DNA of 64,000 nucleotides from Bacteroidaceae bacterium. Lineage in GTDB: Bacteria > Bacteroidota > Bacteroidia > Bacteroidales > Bacteroidaceae. Below the pieces are notes generated by a model, which did not search any database, was not told the origin of the DNA, and worked only from the letters and a program-made list of their open reading frames with translations. The position numbers were made by a program, and so were the translations under genes. The first letter of the stretch is position 1; each line of letters opens with the position of its first letter. This document shows positions 38,201-47,866 of the stretch, piece after piece. The DNA lies in contig JAFUYT010000026.1 of NCBI GenBank assembly GCA_017470425.1, positions 54,291 to 118,290 of the forward strand, in the 5' to 3' direction.

Positions 38201-41200
38201 GCAAGATATGGGGCGAGTACGAGACGGGCTACGACTTCACGAAGCGCCTCCGCAACTTCAGCACCGACCGCGTCTCGCTGCATGGCACGCCGACCGCCGG
38301 TGCCCCGGGCCTGCTGAAGTCCTCGTCCTACGTCGAGTACCTCGAAGGTCGTGTCGATACCATCTTCGGCGGCGGCTACGGCTTCTATGACTATTCCAAC
38401 GAGACGCTTTATGGTGCCGGCAATTCCATGCCCGTTCAGGAGAGCGCCTTTGTCAACATTCGTCCTGTGACGCACGACCACAACCTCGTCAACTACGTCT
38501 TCGGCGGCGGCACGGGCTATCCCCGCAACCGCGTGGGCGACAACGCCCAGGATCGCAGTTACGTGCTCATCGACATCCCCGACGGCGTGGAGCGCTTCGG
38601 TGCGATGGAGGTCTTCGGTGCCGGAGCCTTCAACGGCCTGGGTATGGGCTTCACCAAGGAGGAGACCTTCGCCGCCGGCTTCAATCTGGACAACGCCTCC
38701 GCCGTCGTCGATCTGCTCCACGGACAGATAGGCAACGTCTATGGCGGCAGCTACAACGAGGGCAACACGCGCCGCACGGTCGTCAACGTGCCTGCGGCAT
38801 CTACCATCCAGGTCGGCCGCATCTTCGGCGGTGCCTATGGCACGCAGATCCTGCCGCCCTGTGACGTCTATGAGACCCACGTGAACTACTTGAACACGAG
38901 TGAGAACGCCCGCGTGAGCGCCATCTACGGTGGCAACAACAACGAGCGCCGCTCGCTCTACACCCATGTCAACATCTCCTCGCCCGTATGGTCCAACAAG
39001 GAGAAAGGCTATATGGCCAAGGTCTATGGTGCCGGGCGCGGTATCGACACTTGGTCGGAATACACCGAAGTGAACCTGCTCAGCGGCGCCAAGGTCTATG
39101 AGGCCTACGGCGGCGGCGAGATGGGTCACGTGCTCAATGCCGAGAGCGTACAGCGGTATATGCAGCTGTACCATGATACGCCCTCGTCACAAATCTCCCA
39201 TCAGGATCCCTTCTGGAGCCAGACCGGGAACTGGGTCGGCGGAACGGTCGGCGGTACGCTGATAGACGATGCCGATCTCCGTGACCGCTGGGATCGCGAG
39301 TGGAAGGATGCCTGGACGTTCGGCGATTACTATACGCCGACGGCGACGGACGCCGAAGATGCTGATGGCGACGGTGATACCGAAGAAATCTCTTTCACCG
39401 ACTATGCCACCAACGCTGCCACGAACCTCACCAACAGCCTGCAGGTGCGCACGGCCGAGCTGGACGAACGCGACTACAGCGGCTACGCTGACGACGACAA
39501 AGCACGTAACTATCAGAAATACAACACCAACGTCATTATCCACGAGGGAGCCTCTGTCGGGAACTACGCCTATGGCGGCGGCTATGGTGAGGTCGCGACC
39601 CACCTGAGCGGCGACACCTACGGCAACACCTATATCGCCCTGCTCGGCGGCTCCGTCACCAAGGACCTCTACGCCTCTGGTTCGGCTGGTAATGTCAACG
39701 ACCTCTTCGGCGTGGGTGCCTACAATGCCAGCACGAACCCCACCGGCTTCACAGCCACCGCCACGGCCTACGTGAAGGGCGGCACGTGCCGCAACGTCTA
39801 TGGCGGCGGATGGAAGGGCGATGTCGGAACCCACTCGGGCACCATCGCAGACGATCCCTCCGGTGACATCCCCGGCGAGACGCACGTCGTCATCGGCGAC
39901 CTCGCAGGCACCAGCTTCACCAACGGTATCCCCGCCATCCAGCGCAACGCCTATGGCGGCGGCGAGGGTGAGGATGAAGACGGCGGCGCCGTCTATGGCA
40001 CCACCCATCTGACCCTTAACAACGGCTACATAGGCTATGCCTACAATGCTGAGGGCAGCGATAACCCCAAGACCACAGACTTCGACGAGCGCTACGAGGA
40101 GAAGATCGAGGACGAGACCCGCACCATGCCCAACACGTGGCTCACGGAGGCTGGCTGTCTGTTCGGCGGCGGCTATACCGACAACAGCTTCGTCGATAAG
40201 ACGCAGGTGAACATTTATGGCGGTCACGTCCGCAACAGCGCCTTCGGCGGCGGCGAGGTGGCTCCCATCGGGCGCGGTGACATGAAGGAGAAGGCGGGCG
40301 GCAGCGACTATGAACTGAAGGGCATCTACCGTCCCGGCAAGACGCTGGTCAAGATGTTCGGCGGTCATGTTCATCAGAACGTCTTCGGCGGCGGCCGCGG
40401 CTTCGACAACCTGGCCCGCGTCGGCTCGCTCCACTGTCCCGGCTACATCTTCGGACAGACGGAGGTGCGCATCCACGGCGGCGAGATCGGCACGGCTGAG
40501 GGCGTGGAGGACGGCGACGGCAACGTCTTCGGCGGCGGCGACGTAGGCTTTGTGTATAGTGCCTACGAGAATCCCGACGGCAGTTTTGCTCAGGGTAAGA
40601 AAGACGGTGTCAGATACGACGGCATCTACCAGGGCTACTATTACAAACACAATGGAGAGGATTTCGTAACCCTCACTGTAGATAGGGATGAAGACGGTGT
40701 AGCAGATACAGACGGTGAAGGGAACCAGATCAAAGAGCGCCAGTTCACCGAGGACTGCAAGGTGCTCGTCGAGCCCAACATGAAGGTCATCACTCCCGTC
40801 ACCATCAACGGGCACAGCTATGAGCCGGGCGCCTTCGTACCCATTGCCGACCTGAATACGCTGAAGAACAAGACACTGGATGCTTCCACCTGGGAGTGCC
40901 TGGATCCCACCGGCATCATCATCCATAACGCCGTCTTCGCGGGCGGTAATATGCCTTCGGGCTCAAAGGCCACCAGCGCCAACACCGCCTCAGTCTATGG
41001 CAACGCCACCGCTTCGGTAGAAGACATCTTCCACCGCGACATGATCACGCTCGGTACCCGCCACACCGGCGGTCTCTACGGCGATGGCAACCTGACCCTC
41101 GTGGATGGTTACCGCGAACTGAACATCACCAACTACGGCACCGACTACTACAGTATCGCTCAGGAAATCAGCATCGGCGACTATCATAACCTGCCCGACC

Positions 41201-44200
41201 GCGAGGCCGACTACTACGAACTGCGCTACACCTGTCTGCGACCCTGTCAGGACAAGGATGGCACGCGCTACCGTCCAGAAAGCGTGGAGGACGGTGTCAC
41301 CATCAAGGCCTCGACGATCACGGCCGACGAGATGCAGAACCTCTTCCTCGAGCAAGTGAATGGCAAATGGGAATCGGTCAAGGATAACGGAATAGCCATC
41401 CTCAAGTATGACGAGGATGAGCACGAGTGGGTGCCAAACCCCAACGATGACAATCCCTACTGGAAGGAGAGCGGTGTGCTGCCCATCTATGCGGGCCGCC
41501 TGATGAACAGCATCCAGCGTGCCGACTTCTGCGGTGTCTTCGGCAGTCGCATGGTGATGCAGGGTGCCAAGGACCGCGTGCCTGAGGAGGCCGACTTCAC
41601 CAATTATACGATTAACCGCGTGCGTGAGGTGTCGCTGAACAAGAAGGAGTCGGTGATTACGAGCGATCAGACTATTCCCGCCACCAGTGGCGAATACTAC
41701 AAGTTCCGCGTCCACGGCAACTACTTCGGCATCTATAACATCGTGAACTACTTAGGTGCCCTGACCAGCGACGTGGATTTCGGTGATGTGCGCAAGACCG
41801 ACAACACCACGGATAATACCCGGTACAAGTCTGCAATCACCATTGACGCGAACACCTACGACTACGAAAGCGCAAATGCCACCTACTACAACTGGAAGCG
41901 CGCTCACATCAAGGATAAGACACGCAACAACGGCAGCAGCTACAACAAGGTGGCCCTGGCCTCCGGCGTCTATCTGGAGCTGACCACCGAGGAGAGCACG
42001 GGCGACGGCCTCTACGAGAAGGTGTGGGGACCCATCACGGGTGTCGTAGAGCTCGACCTCATCAACGTCTCCACTGGTATCGGCGGCGGCTTCGTCTATG
42101 CCAAGAACCAGCACGGCACACGAGCTGCCACCAAGCAACCGCCGCTTCACCAGAACACCACGCTGACAGCCCTGAACAGGACGGCCGTCACCCAGTGGGA
42201 CTACGAATATCCAACGGCCGACGGCAGCAAGGTGGAGTGGGAGACCTCCGGCAACTTCGTACACAGCACCCAGACCATCATCGACGACTGCTATAACATC
42301 AGCAACAAGTACCTGGGCTCCGTCAACCCCGACGGCTCGGGGGCTATGCCCGCCCACTTCTGGTACATCAAGGGCTCCACCTACGTCTATGACCAGTACA
42401 TCTCGGCCTACACGGGTACCACCAATGCCTACAGCGAGACCGTCGATATCCCGCTGACCATCGCCGCTGCCTCCCACGGACGCATGAAGCTCCTGGATGT
42501 GCAGCCCAACCTCTACGCCTACTACGCCTCCGAGGGTGTGCCCTTGGAGAGCGGCAAGCGCATCATCATCAACGACAAGACTTACTACCTGAACGACCCC
42601 ATCAGCTACTGGGATTGGTATCTGCTGAGCAAGTCGGAGCAGAAGCTGTTCGTGCCGCAGACCTATACCAACTGCGTGACCTACCAGCTGGGTGGTGAGC
42701 TCCATGAGGCCGGCACCGTCGTGATGACTCCCGGAGAGTTCGAAGACTTCATGGATGATGACCATGTATATCTGGATGCCGACGGCGATCCCATCAAGAA
42801 AGCCGACACGAGCGCTGCCGACGACGAATACATCTTCCGTTCGTCCAACAACGTCAGCCACGACACCGGCTATCTGCTGACCTACGAGCTGAACAACCCC
42901 AGCCAGTGGGATAACTGGTTTACCCTCAAGAGCGGCTCCTACAGGGATAAGAAGACACTCGCCGAGTACGGGGCAATGAGTGCCAGCGACAAGGAGAAAT
43001 ACTACGACGGTCCCACCTATCGCATCGACCCGACGAAGGTGACCGGCGACGGCATCCTGCTCGGACAGCGCTCCTACAAGGAGGGTCAGCTCATCACGGA
43101 GAGTGTGGAGACGACCTATCAGGCCGCAAAGACGGCACATTCCACAGCCATCCCCGGCGATCAGGCCACCTTCGTCCCGGCATTCATCGTCACCGAGAAG
43201 ATCACCGTCACCGATCCGGAGACAGGCAGAGAGACCCATTACAACGAGGGCGTGGCCGTCTCCTCGACCTTTGCTGCAGCCCATTCCACCAGCACCGAAG
43301 CTGCCTACCTCTGCACCAGCTCCATCCAGCTCACGAAGGAGAACGTCATCTACAAGGACTCCAAGGTGACAGCCTCCGAGCGTACTGCCTATATCAATGA
43401 TGTGAAGAGTAAGATGGGTGCCACCTATCAGGATATGACGCTCGACGCCATCAAGGACTTACCCACTACAGGAGCAGGCGCTATCACTGCCGAGAAGAAG
43501 AACCAGCTGATCCAGCAGGCCACCCTGCGCGATGAACTGACAAACAACATCGTTCCTGCCTACTACTGTACTGCCGAGGGCTACTACGGCGGTAACTACT
43601 ACGAGAAAGACCACAACTACCGTGGCCTCGAGGCCTGGAGCTCGCTCTCGGAGGATGATCACAAGAAGTTCGTCTTCAACTACGACGCCCTTGACCTGCT
43701 CATCGACTCGGACTATGATAACCCGGAAGGCGAGAAGTACCAGTACGACGGCAACTATCTGACCGAAGAGGCCGTCCGCAACGCCGATACGGGCAACAAG
43801 GCCGGTTACTCCGTCACAACGAGTGTGGATTACACCGCATCGTACAACGACAGTGAACACCCATTGCCCGTCACCAGTATGACTGTCAACCGCGATGGCA
43901 CACCGACGACCACCACCTCACTGGAGGAAGGCGATGAGCTCACCCGCGAACAGTACGAGAGTCTGCCCAACGAGCAACGCCACTTCTCGCCCATCGCCGT
44001 GAAGAGCGGAACTGACACCTACTACATCGTCCACACCGCCTTCCAGGTGGGCAGCACGCCTTACGCTGTCGGTGAGACGATCAGCTCCGAAACGTACAGC
44101 AGCCTGCCAACGACGGAACAGGGCTATGTCACGCAGCTTAAGTTCACCAGCGCCCCTGAGGACCAGACCATCTACTATTGCCGCGAGAGTTATGAAGGCA

Positions 44201-47200
44201 AGACAGAGGTAACAGCCATCCCCGGCACTACGGTGACAGGTGGAACGGCCCACACCGATGGCGGCAAGAGCGTGGCTCAGGGAACCATCATCACCAGCGG
44301 ACAGTACGAAGTTCTTCCCAACGACCAGAAGAACTTCACCATCCACGGCGTCTCGCCCACCGAGACATCGACGCTTTATGTCAGCCGCGAGAGCGACATC
44401 TACGACCTCTCCAAGGACAAAATCATCACCGTCATCTACCAGTATGACTACGACGAGACCGACGGCTCAGGCAACGTCACGCCCATCAGCGAGCGCCACG
44501 TGGTGAACATCCACCTGACGTTCAAGAGCGGCGTGCCCACCGTGGAGGACATCACCGCGCCCGAGATCATCCTGCCCGGTAACTTCATCACCCTGCGCGA
44601 ACCCGCCGTGACACCCGGTGCCTATGAGATCACGGGCGGCGGATGGGAGCTCTTCGAGTCGCAGCGCGATGCTGAGAGCCACACCAACGGCATCGATTAC
44701 GACCCGAACTTCGATGCGCTCTACTGGTACCAAGACGGCCACTATGTCGCCTACTACGCCAAGAGCTATCTCGGCCGCACCTACTCCAACGCCGTGCCCG
44801 TATCCGTGGCCAACTACCACGACCTGAAGCGCGTGATGGACGACACGGATCACCACTACTACATCGACAACGCCAACGTCAAGCGCGATCCGAAAATCTA
44901 CATCAACGACTACAGTGGCAGCACACCCGAGCAGAACGGCCTTGACCTCTTCAAGAAGCTCTACGACTTGAGTGTGCTCGACGGTTCCGTCGTCGAGGGC
45001 GATCCCCTCTATGGTCACGCCCTCCTCAACTCCCGCGTCCGTGCAGGTGATAACCTCGAGTTCTTCCTGCGCACCGATATCGACCACAGCACCAAGCCGA
45101 ATCCTGCCTATGATGCCGAAGACCCGGAGAGCCCCGCACGCATCGCGGCACCCTGGACATCCATCGCCCCCGCCGACGGCGCCACCTGCTTCGAGGGTGT
45201 CCTCCACGGCGACGGCCACACCCTCAGCGGCCTCGACCACTCGCTCTTCGGCAAGCTCTGCGGCTCGGTCTATAACCTCGGCATCACCGGCTCCTTCAAC
45301 ACGGCCGGCGTGGCCGACACGGGCGATGGCTACGTGGAGAGCTGCTGGGTGAAGACGACTGCCACCACGCCGCTTGAGACCAAGCCCTACGCCGTCTTCG
45401 GCAATCCCACCGCCGAGAGCGGCTATCAGGTGGTCAATAGCTACTTCTGCGACAGCAATAATAATCTCTATAACACCACGACTGCTGACGGTATCACGAC
45501 CTCCGGCGGCGCCCGCGGCACCGCCACGGCCATGTCCGCCCGCGCATTCTACAACGGCACCGTGGCCTACGACCTGAACAACTTCTACCTCTACAAGCGC
45601 TACAGCGACCACACTACGCCCGCCGGTTCCACCGTCGAGTACCAGTACCTCCTGCCCGACAATCCCGACGTGCAGACCGGCCGCTACGGCAGCAACCCGT
45701 CGCTCTGCTCCTCGGGCTATGAGCGCAAGCTGAAGTACGTCGAAGACCGCTATGCCGACGGTGACTTCCGCTATGCCGGCGGCACCATCCCCTCCACCGA
45801 CGACGAGCGCTACTGGATAGCCGTCAGCGAAGATCCCGAGACGCACAAGGACATCGAGACCGTGCGCTTCTCACCCCTCTGGCCCGACGACTACATCTTC
45901 TTCGGACAGAAGCTGACCTACGGTTACTCGGCCACCTATGCTCATCAGGATGTGCCTACGGCTGTCGTGCGCGACGGCGGACGCCTCTCCCTGAACCCCG
46001 ACGCCAATCGCGTCTATCGCGCTCCCGCCTACTATCGCAACAGCACGATGGGTGTCGCCCACTTCAACCCCGCCGTCTTCCTGGCGCAGAAGGAGAAGCT
46101 GACTCCCGAGCAGATCGCAGCCAGCGCTGTTGCCCGCACGGCATACCCCGGCATGACCGCCATCGACTTCGCCGGCCACAATGACATCGTCGATGCCGGC
46201 GGCACCCGCAAGGCTTATCAATTGGGCAGTGTGTCCGTCGGCTTCCCCGCCGGAAGCCCGGCCTTCTACCCGCCGCTCCTCGACGACGGCGGCCTCACCG
46301 CCATCAGCAACTGCGACGAGACACAGAACCTCCTCGCCTATGTACCCGCCGCTGCCCCGGCCGCCGAGGGCGCCTATGCCAACGCCGCCACCCACGGCGT
46401 GCTGACCTCCTACTTCGGCGATGCCGCCTTCGACAGCTCCTATGACAACAGCGATGGCTACCGCCTCGTAGCGGAGAACGACGTCATCATCAATGGCCAT
46501 CTCGTGCAGAGCGACCTGACCGCCACCAACGACCATCTCCTCGTGGATATGCAGGACTTCAACGCACCGCTCGCCTACACCTTCGACGGCGACCACCGCA
46601 TGTGGTACCAGCGCAAGCCCCTTGACTCGGAATATGTCGATACGGGCAGCGGCTGGCAGGGCATCAGCATCCCGTTCACCGCAGAGCTCGTGACCACCGA
46701 CGTGAAGGGTGAGATCACCCACTTCTACGGCGGCAGCGAGACCAGCAAGAACGGCACCAGCACCAAGATCGGCCACGAGTACTGGCTGCGTCAGTTCGAT
46801 GCCATCGCCAAAGAGGACGGCGAGGGCAAGAAGGCGATGGCCACCTTCAACTATCCCGCCGCAGGCGACGGCACTTCGGTCATCGCTGACAAGAACGTCA
46901 CCAACACCTTCCTCTGGGATTACTACTACCAGAACGAGGACATCCACGACCAGAAGGACCTCAACAAGGACATCTACCTCCAGTACAGGCAATATTATAA
47001 GAACGCGCGCACGTACGCGAACTACGCCTTCCTGACGGCTGCCACGCCGTATCTCCTCGGACTCCCGGGCAAGACCTACTACGAGTTCGACCTCAGCGGT
47101 AAGTTCACGGCTGCGAACACCGCCGCCGCCATCCCGTCGCTCGCCAAGCAGACCGTCACCTTCGCCTCCGCCACGGGTGCCACCATCGGCGTGAGCGACA

Positions 47201-47700
47201 GCGAGATGGCGGGCGTCACGAGGAACCTGAGCAAGGGCAAGGACTACGTCTTCACCTTCAAGCCCAACTACCTCACCGAGGACCTGACGACGGAGCACTA
47301 CACCCTGGCGGCCGACGGTAGCCAGTACGACCACGTCACCGCCGCAGGCGGCTCTGCGGTCAGCGGCGGCGCCACCGTCCTGCCCTTCCGTCCTTACTTC
47401 GAGGCCAGCGCCAGCGCCGGCGTCAAGGAGATGATGCCCGGCACCATCCTCTTCACCCGTGCAGGCAGCGAGCTCGAGGAAGGACCCGAAAGCGCCCTTG
47501 ACGGTACCATCGAGATCTACGCACGCGGACGCACCATCATCACCCGCTCCCACATGAAGGAGCCCACCACCGTCCGCATCGTCAACATCGGCGGCATCAC
47601 CGTCACCAACTACGTCCTGCAGCCTGGACAGACCATCGAGACCCCCGTCCAGGCCCACGGCGCCTACATCGTCAACAAGAAAAAGATCTTTATCCACTAA
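35203..47700 (+). CDS. Giant secreted surface protein 1 (4165 aa): signal peptide, YGGGN-repeat beta-helix-like region, large non-repetitive middle, GLUG-like segment, T9SS C-terminal domain
   Basis: Single uninterrupted ORF (track 34999..47700). The ATG at 35203 gives MTKAAGLWGLLWLLLLWPLGLAAQ. There are dozens of (V/I)(Y/F)GGG(N) repeat motifs in the N-terminal 1700 aa or so. FEGVLHGDGHTLSGLDHSLFGKLCGSVYNLGITG resembles GLUG-motif domains. See the CTD feature. Confidence 0.85.
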   Translation: MTKAAGLWGLLWLLLLWPLGLAAQIKVGGSIYGGGNMGQVHGSTTVTVKEGDLNKVFGGARMANVGGNAYVNIDGAHATGYTVINYVFGGNDIAGNIGTAEAVGEALPAELEGNADGVDNTWNTYVHLSSKMTDAVPATLASDNQKTYIGQLYAGGNGDYFYDSSTADGKTTHYIYTKDPLEGGTLLETIVTDEGDVGFQTPHLSKAYLDMQGGSIVYAYGGGNKATVTEKTVIHVDNPSEVVNHLFVDENGVEAASSVYDDYETSEPKTLAAGYTELLTNTRFKEGMGINLGFSRPSSGDFQVGRLFGGNNLEEMAIRPTWNLQSGKIRNLYSGGNKGAMTSPEGLLLEIPATSSIVVDNLFGGCRMADVRPSVNGVYTPTVNLPGYYFPNELSARVLVRGGDINNVYGGNDVTGQVYGGNAVGVYATIRGDIYGGGNGDYPYTDNEDLRESSIYGDLYYSTSGYTTSYDALNAFRPNAEQVSIRVAGETRPTIIKGSIYLGGNCASLATHKENPMVELKIGSNVLADNVYLGNNGAGMVDKDFLKLYAGYVDENDEYNASEGTKFSSLNLRGSSEFAEYMEGVAMNLMPAVVFDNTANGDPATYTPNSSYIGSFFCGGNVGSMAVEGKETFTFDEQLNIFNKLVGGCNNANVAASEWNAAYEGGVLGSKAERASYTEGGKIKDRLEINLEKLTITPLRWNEEMTYPVWNTNKFVTYQAVENGTTLTAGETYYTSDSGAGEFTAVGSEVADGTNYYEFINDFVQVSSSAVDKDARLLDGNVYGGCYNSGHVNGNVIININEDLLKKDEIFGTGISDFYGRAKSGVDFEGQRDDLMAVALAVFGGGYGADTEIWGSTTVNHNKGYAFQIYGGGEEGVVGRKVAHTDDHGEVTQEYEFNPAYSSTVNLNGTTPVYSSDGTVEGLAETEYIYGGGNEGDVCGNTLVNLGNGRIFDAFGGASDADVLGHTEVYIGRQPKGDGTYKAGFPWVRDIVYGGNDFGGKIWGEYETGYDFTKRLRNFSTDRVSLHGTPTAGAPGLLKSSSYVEYLEGRVDTIFGGGYGFYDYSNETLYGAGNSMPVQESAFVNIRPVTHDHNLVNYVFGGGTGYPRNRVGDNAQDRSYVLIDIPDGVERFGAMEVFGAGAFNGLGMGFTKEETFAAGFNLDNASAVVDLLHGQIGNVYGGSYNEGNTRRTVVNVPAASTIQVGRIFGGAYGTQILPPCDVYETHVNYLNTSENARVSAIYGGNNNERRSLYTHVNISSPVWSNKEKGYMAKVYGAGRGIDTWSEYTEVNLLSGAKVYEAYGGGEMGHVLNAESVQRYMQLYHDTPSSQISHQDPFWSQTGNWVGGTVGGTLIDDADLRDRWDREWKDAWTFGDYYTPTATDAEDADGDGDTEEISFTDYATNAATNLTNSLQVRTAELDERDYSGYADDDKARNYQKYNTNVIIHEGASVGNYAYGGGYGEVATHLSGDTYGNTYIALLGGSVTKDLYASGSAGNVNDLFGVGAYNASTNPTGFTATATAYVKGGTCRNVYGGGWKGDVGTHSGTIADDPSGDIPGETHVVIGDLAGTSFTNGIPAIQRNAYGGGEGEDEDGGAVYGTTHLTLNNGYIGYAYNAEGSDNPKTTDFDERYEEKIEDETRTMPNTWLTEAGCLFGGGYTDNSFVDKTQVNIYGGHVRNSAFGGGEVAPIGRGDMKEKAGGSDYELKGIYRPGKTLVKMFGGHVHQNVFGGGRGFDNLARVGSLHCPGYIFGQTEVRIHGGEIGTAEGVEDGDGNVFGGGDVGFVYSAYENPDGSFAQGKKDGVRYDGIYQGYYYKHNGEDFVTLTVDRDEDGVADTDGEGNQIKERQFTEDCKVLVEPNMKVITPVTINGHSYEPGAFVPIADLNTLKNKTLDASTWECLDPTGIIIHNAVFAGGNMPSGSKATSANTASVYGNATASVEDIFHRDMITLGTRHTGGLYGDGNLTLVDGYRELNITNYGTDYYSIAQEISIGDYHNLPDREADYYELRYTCLRPCQDKDGTRYRPESVEDGVTIKASTITADEMQNLFLEQVNGKWESVKDNGIAILKYDEDEHEWVPNPNDDNPYWKESGVLPIYAGRLMNSIQRADFCGVFGSRMVMQGAKDRVPEEADFTNYTINRVREVSLNKKESVITSDQTIPATSGEYYKFRVHGNYFGIYNIVNYLGALTSDVDFGDVRKTDNTTDNTRYKSAITIDANTYDYESANATYYNWKRAHIKDKTRNNGSSYNKVALASGVYLELTTEESTGDGLYEKVWGPITGVVELDLINVSTGIGGGFVYAKNQHGTRAATKQPPLHQNTTLTALNRTAVTQWDYEYPTADGSKVEWETSGNFVHSTQTIIDDCYNISNKYLGSVNPDGSGAMPAHFWYIKGSTYVYDQYISAYTGTTNAYSETVDIPLTIAAASHGRMKLLDVQPNLYAYYASEGVPLESGKRIIINDKTYYLNDPISYWDWYLLSKSEQKLFVPQTYTNCVTYQLGGELHEAGTVVMTPGEFEDFMDDDHVYLDADGDPIKKADTSAADDEYIFRSSNNVSHDTGYLLTYELNNPSQWDNWFTLKSGSYRDKKTLAEYGAMSASDKEKYYDGPTYRIDPTKVTGDGILLGQRSYKEGQLITESVETTYQAAKTAHSTAIPGDQATFVPAFIVTEKITVTDPETGRETHYNEGVAVSSTFAAAHSTSTEAAYLCTSSIQLTKENVIYKDSKVTASERTAYINDVKSKMGATYQDMTLDAIKDLPTTGAGAITAEKKNQLIQQATLRDELTNNIVPAYYCTAEGYYGGNYYEKDHNYRGLEAWSSLSEDDHKKFVFNYDALDLLIDSDYDNPEGEKYQYDGNYLTEEAVRNADTGNKAGYSVTTSVDYTASYNDSEHPLPVTSMTVNRDGTPTTTTSLEEGDELTREQYESLPNEQRHFSPIAVKSGTDTYYIVHTAFQVGSTPYAVGETISSETYSSLPTTEQGYVTQLKFTSAPEDQTIYYCRESYEGKTEVTAIPGTTVTGGTAHTDGGKSVAQGTIITSGQYEVLPNDQKNFTIHGVSPTETSTLYVSRESDIYDLSKDKIITVIYQYDYDETDGSGNVTPISERHVVNIHLTFKSGVPTVEDITAPEIILPGNFITLREPAVTPGAYEITGGGWELFESQRDAESHTNGIDYDPNFDALYWYQDGHYVAYYAKSYLGRTYSNAVPVSVANYHDLKRVMDDTDHHYYIDNANVKRDPKIYINDYSGSTPEQNGLDLFKKLYDLSVLDGSVVEGDPLYGHALLNSRVRAGDNLEFFLRTDIDHSTKPNPAYDAEDPESPARIAAPWTSIAPADGATCFEGVLHGDGHTLSGLDHSLFGKLCGSVYNLGITGSFNTAGVADTGDGYVESCWVKTTATTPLETKPYAVFGNPTAESGYQVVNSYFCDSNNNLYNTTTADGITTSGGARGTATAMSARAFYNGTVAYDLNNFYLYKRYSDHTTPAGSTVEYQYLLPDNPDVQTGRYGSNPSLCSSGYERKLKYVEDRYADGDFRYAGGTIPSTDDERYWIAVSEDPETHKDIETVRFSPLWPDDYIFFGQKLTYGYSATYAHQDVPTAVVRDGGRLSLNPDANRVYRAPAYYRNSTMGVAHFNPAVFLAQKEKLTPEQIAASAVARTAYPGMTAIDFAGHNDIVDAGGTRKAYQLGSVSVGFPAGSPAFYPPLLDDGGLTAISNCDETQNLLAYVPAAAPAAEGAYANAATHGVLTSYFGDAAFDSSYDNSDGYRLVAENDVIINGHLVQSDLTATNDHLLVDMQDFNAPLAYTFDGDHRMWYQRKPLDSEYVDTGSGWQGISIPFTAELVTTDVKGEITHFYGGSETSKNGTSTKIGHEYWLRQFDAIAKEDGEGKKAMATFNYPAAGDGTSVIADKNVTNTFLWDYYYQNEDIHDQKDLNKDIYLQYRQYYKNARTYANYAFLTAATPYLLGLPGKTYYEFDLSGKFTAANTAAAIPSLAKQTVTFASATGATIGVSDSEMAGVTRNLSKGKDYVFTFKPNYLTEDLTTEHYTLAADGSQYDHVTAAGGSAVSGGATVLPFRPYFEASASAGVKEMMPGTILFTRAGSELEEGPESALDGTIEIYARGRTIITRSHMKEPTTVRIVNIGGITVTNYVLQPGQTIETPVQAHGAYIVNKKKIFIH
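47497..47697 (+). other. T9SS C-terminal sorting domain-like segment of giant protein 1
   Basis: LDGTIEIYARGRTIITRSHMKEPTTVRIVNIGGITVTNYVLQPGQTIETPVQAHGAYIVNKKKIFIH follows the type A Por-secretion-tail pattern (I.IY.., V.I.N..G..V, L..G.YIV...K). This is pattern recognition only. Confidence 0.6.
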
Positions 47701-47763
47701 AGAACGTAACATGATACAAGATATGTATTGCAAGATAAGAGAACACATTGCGAAGCGTAATTT

Positions 47764-47825
47764 TTTCTCATGCATGATAAAAGCGTTTCTCACGCGTGAG
47801 AAAACGTTTTCTCATACATGGGAAA
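47764..47825. repeat. Three 18-bp (near-)palindromes TTTCTCA-YRYR-TGAGAAA spaced 22 bp apart
   Basis: Units at 47764, 47786 (perfect: TTTCTCACGCGTGAGAAA) and 47808. The core TCTCACGCGTGAGA is identical to the units at 11817 and 11861. The flanking GCAT(C)ATGA..AGCGTT is also shared. Confidence 0.85.
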
Positions 47826-47866
47826 CGGCGGAAGAACGGCAGGCGTTGCGTCGCACGTCGCGTCGC

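Noticed and set aside
36196-47793. Series of long minus-strand ORFs (992, 579, 241, 510, 459 and 640 aa) inside giant gene 1.
   Set aside because: All are antisense to one uninterrupted 12.5-kb + ORF with a signal peptide and CTD. Their products are A/V/G/D/H-rich with no motifs. Their ends tile arbitrarily.
47711-47866. In-frame upstream ATGs (47711, 47723, 47774) that would add a 31-52 aa N-terminal extension to giant protein 2.
   Set aside because: The extension would be encoded by an AT-rich segment consisting of the three palindromes, and it lacks a signal-peptide character. The start at 47867 gives a hydrophobic signal-like N-terminus. This is not excluded, since an extended signal region is possible.
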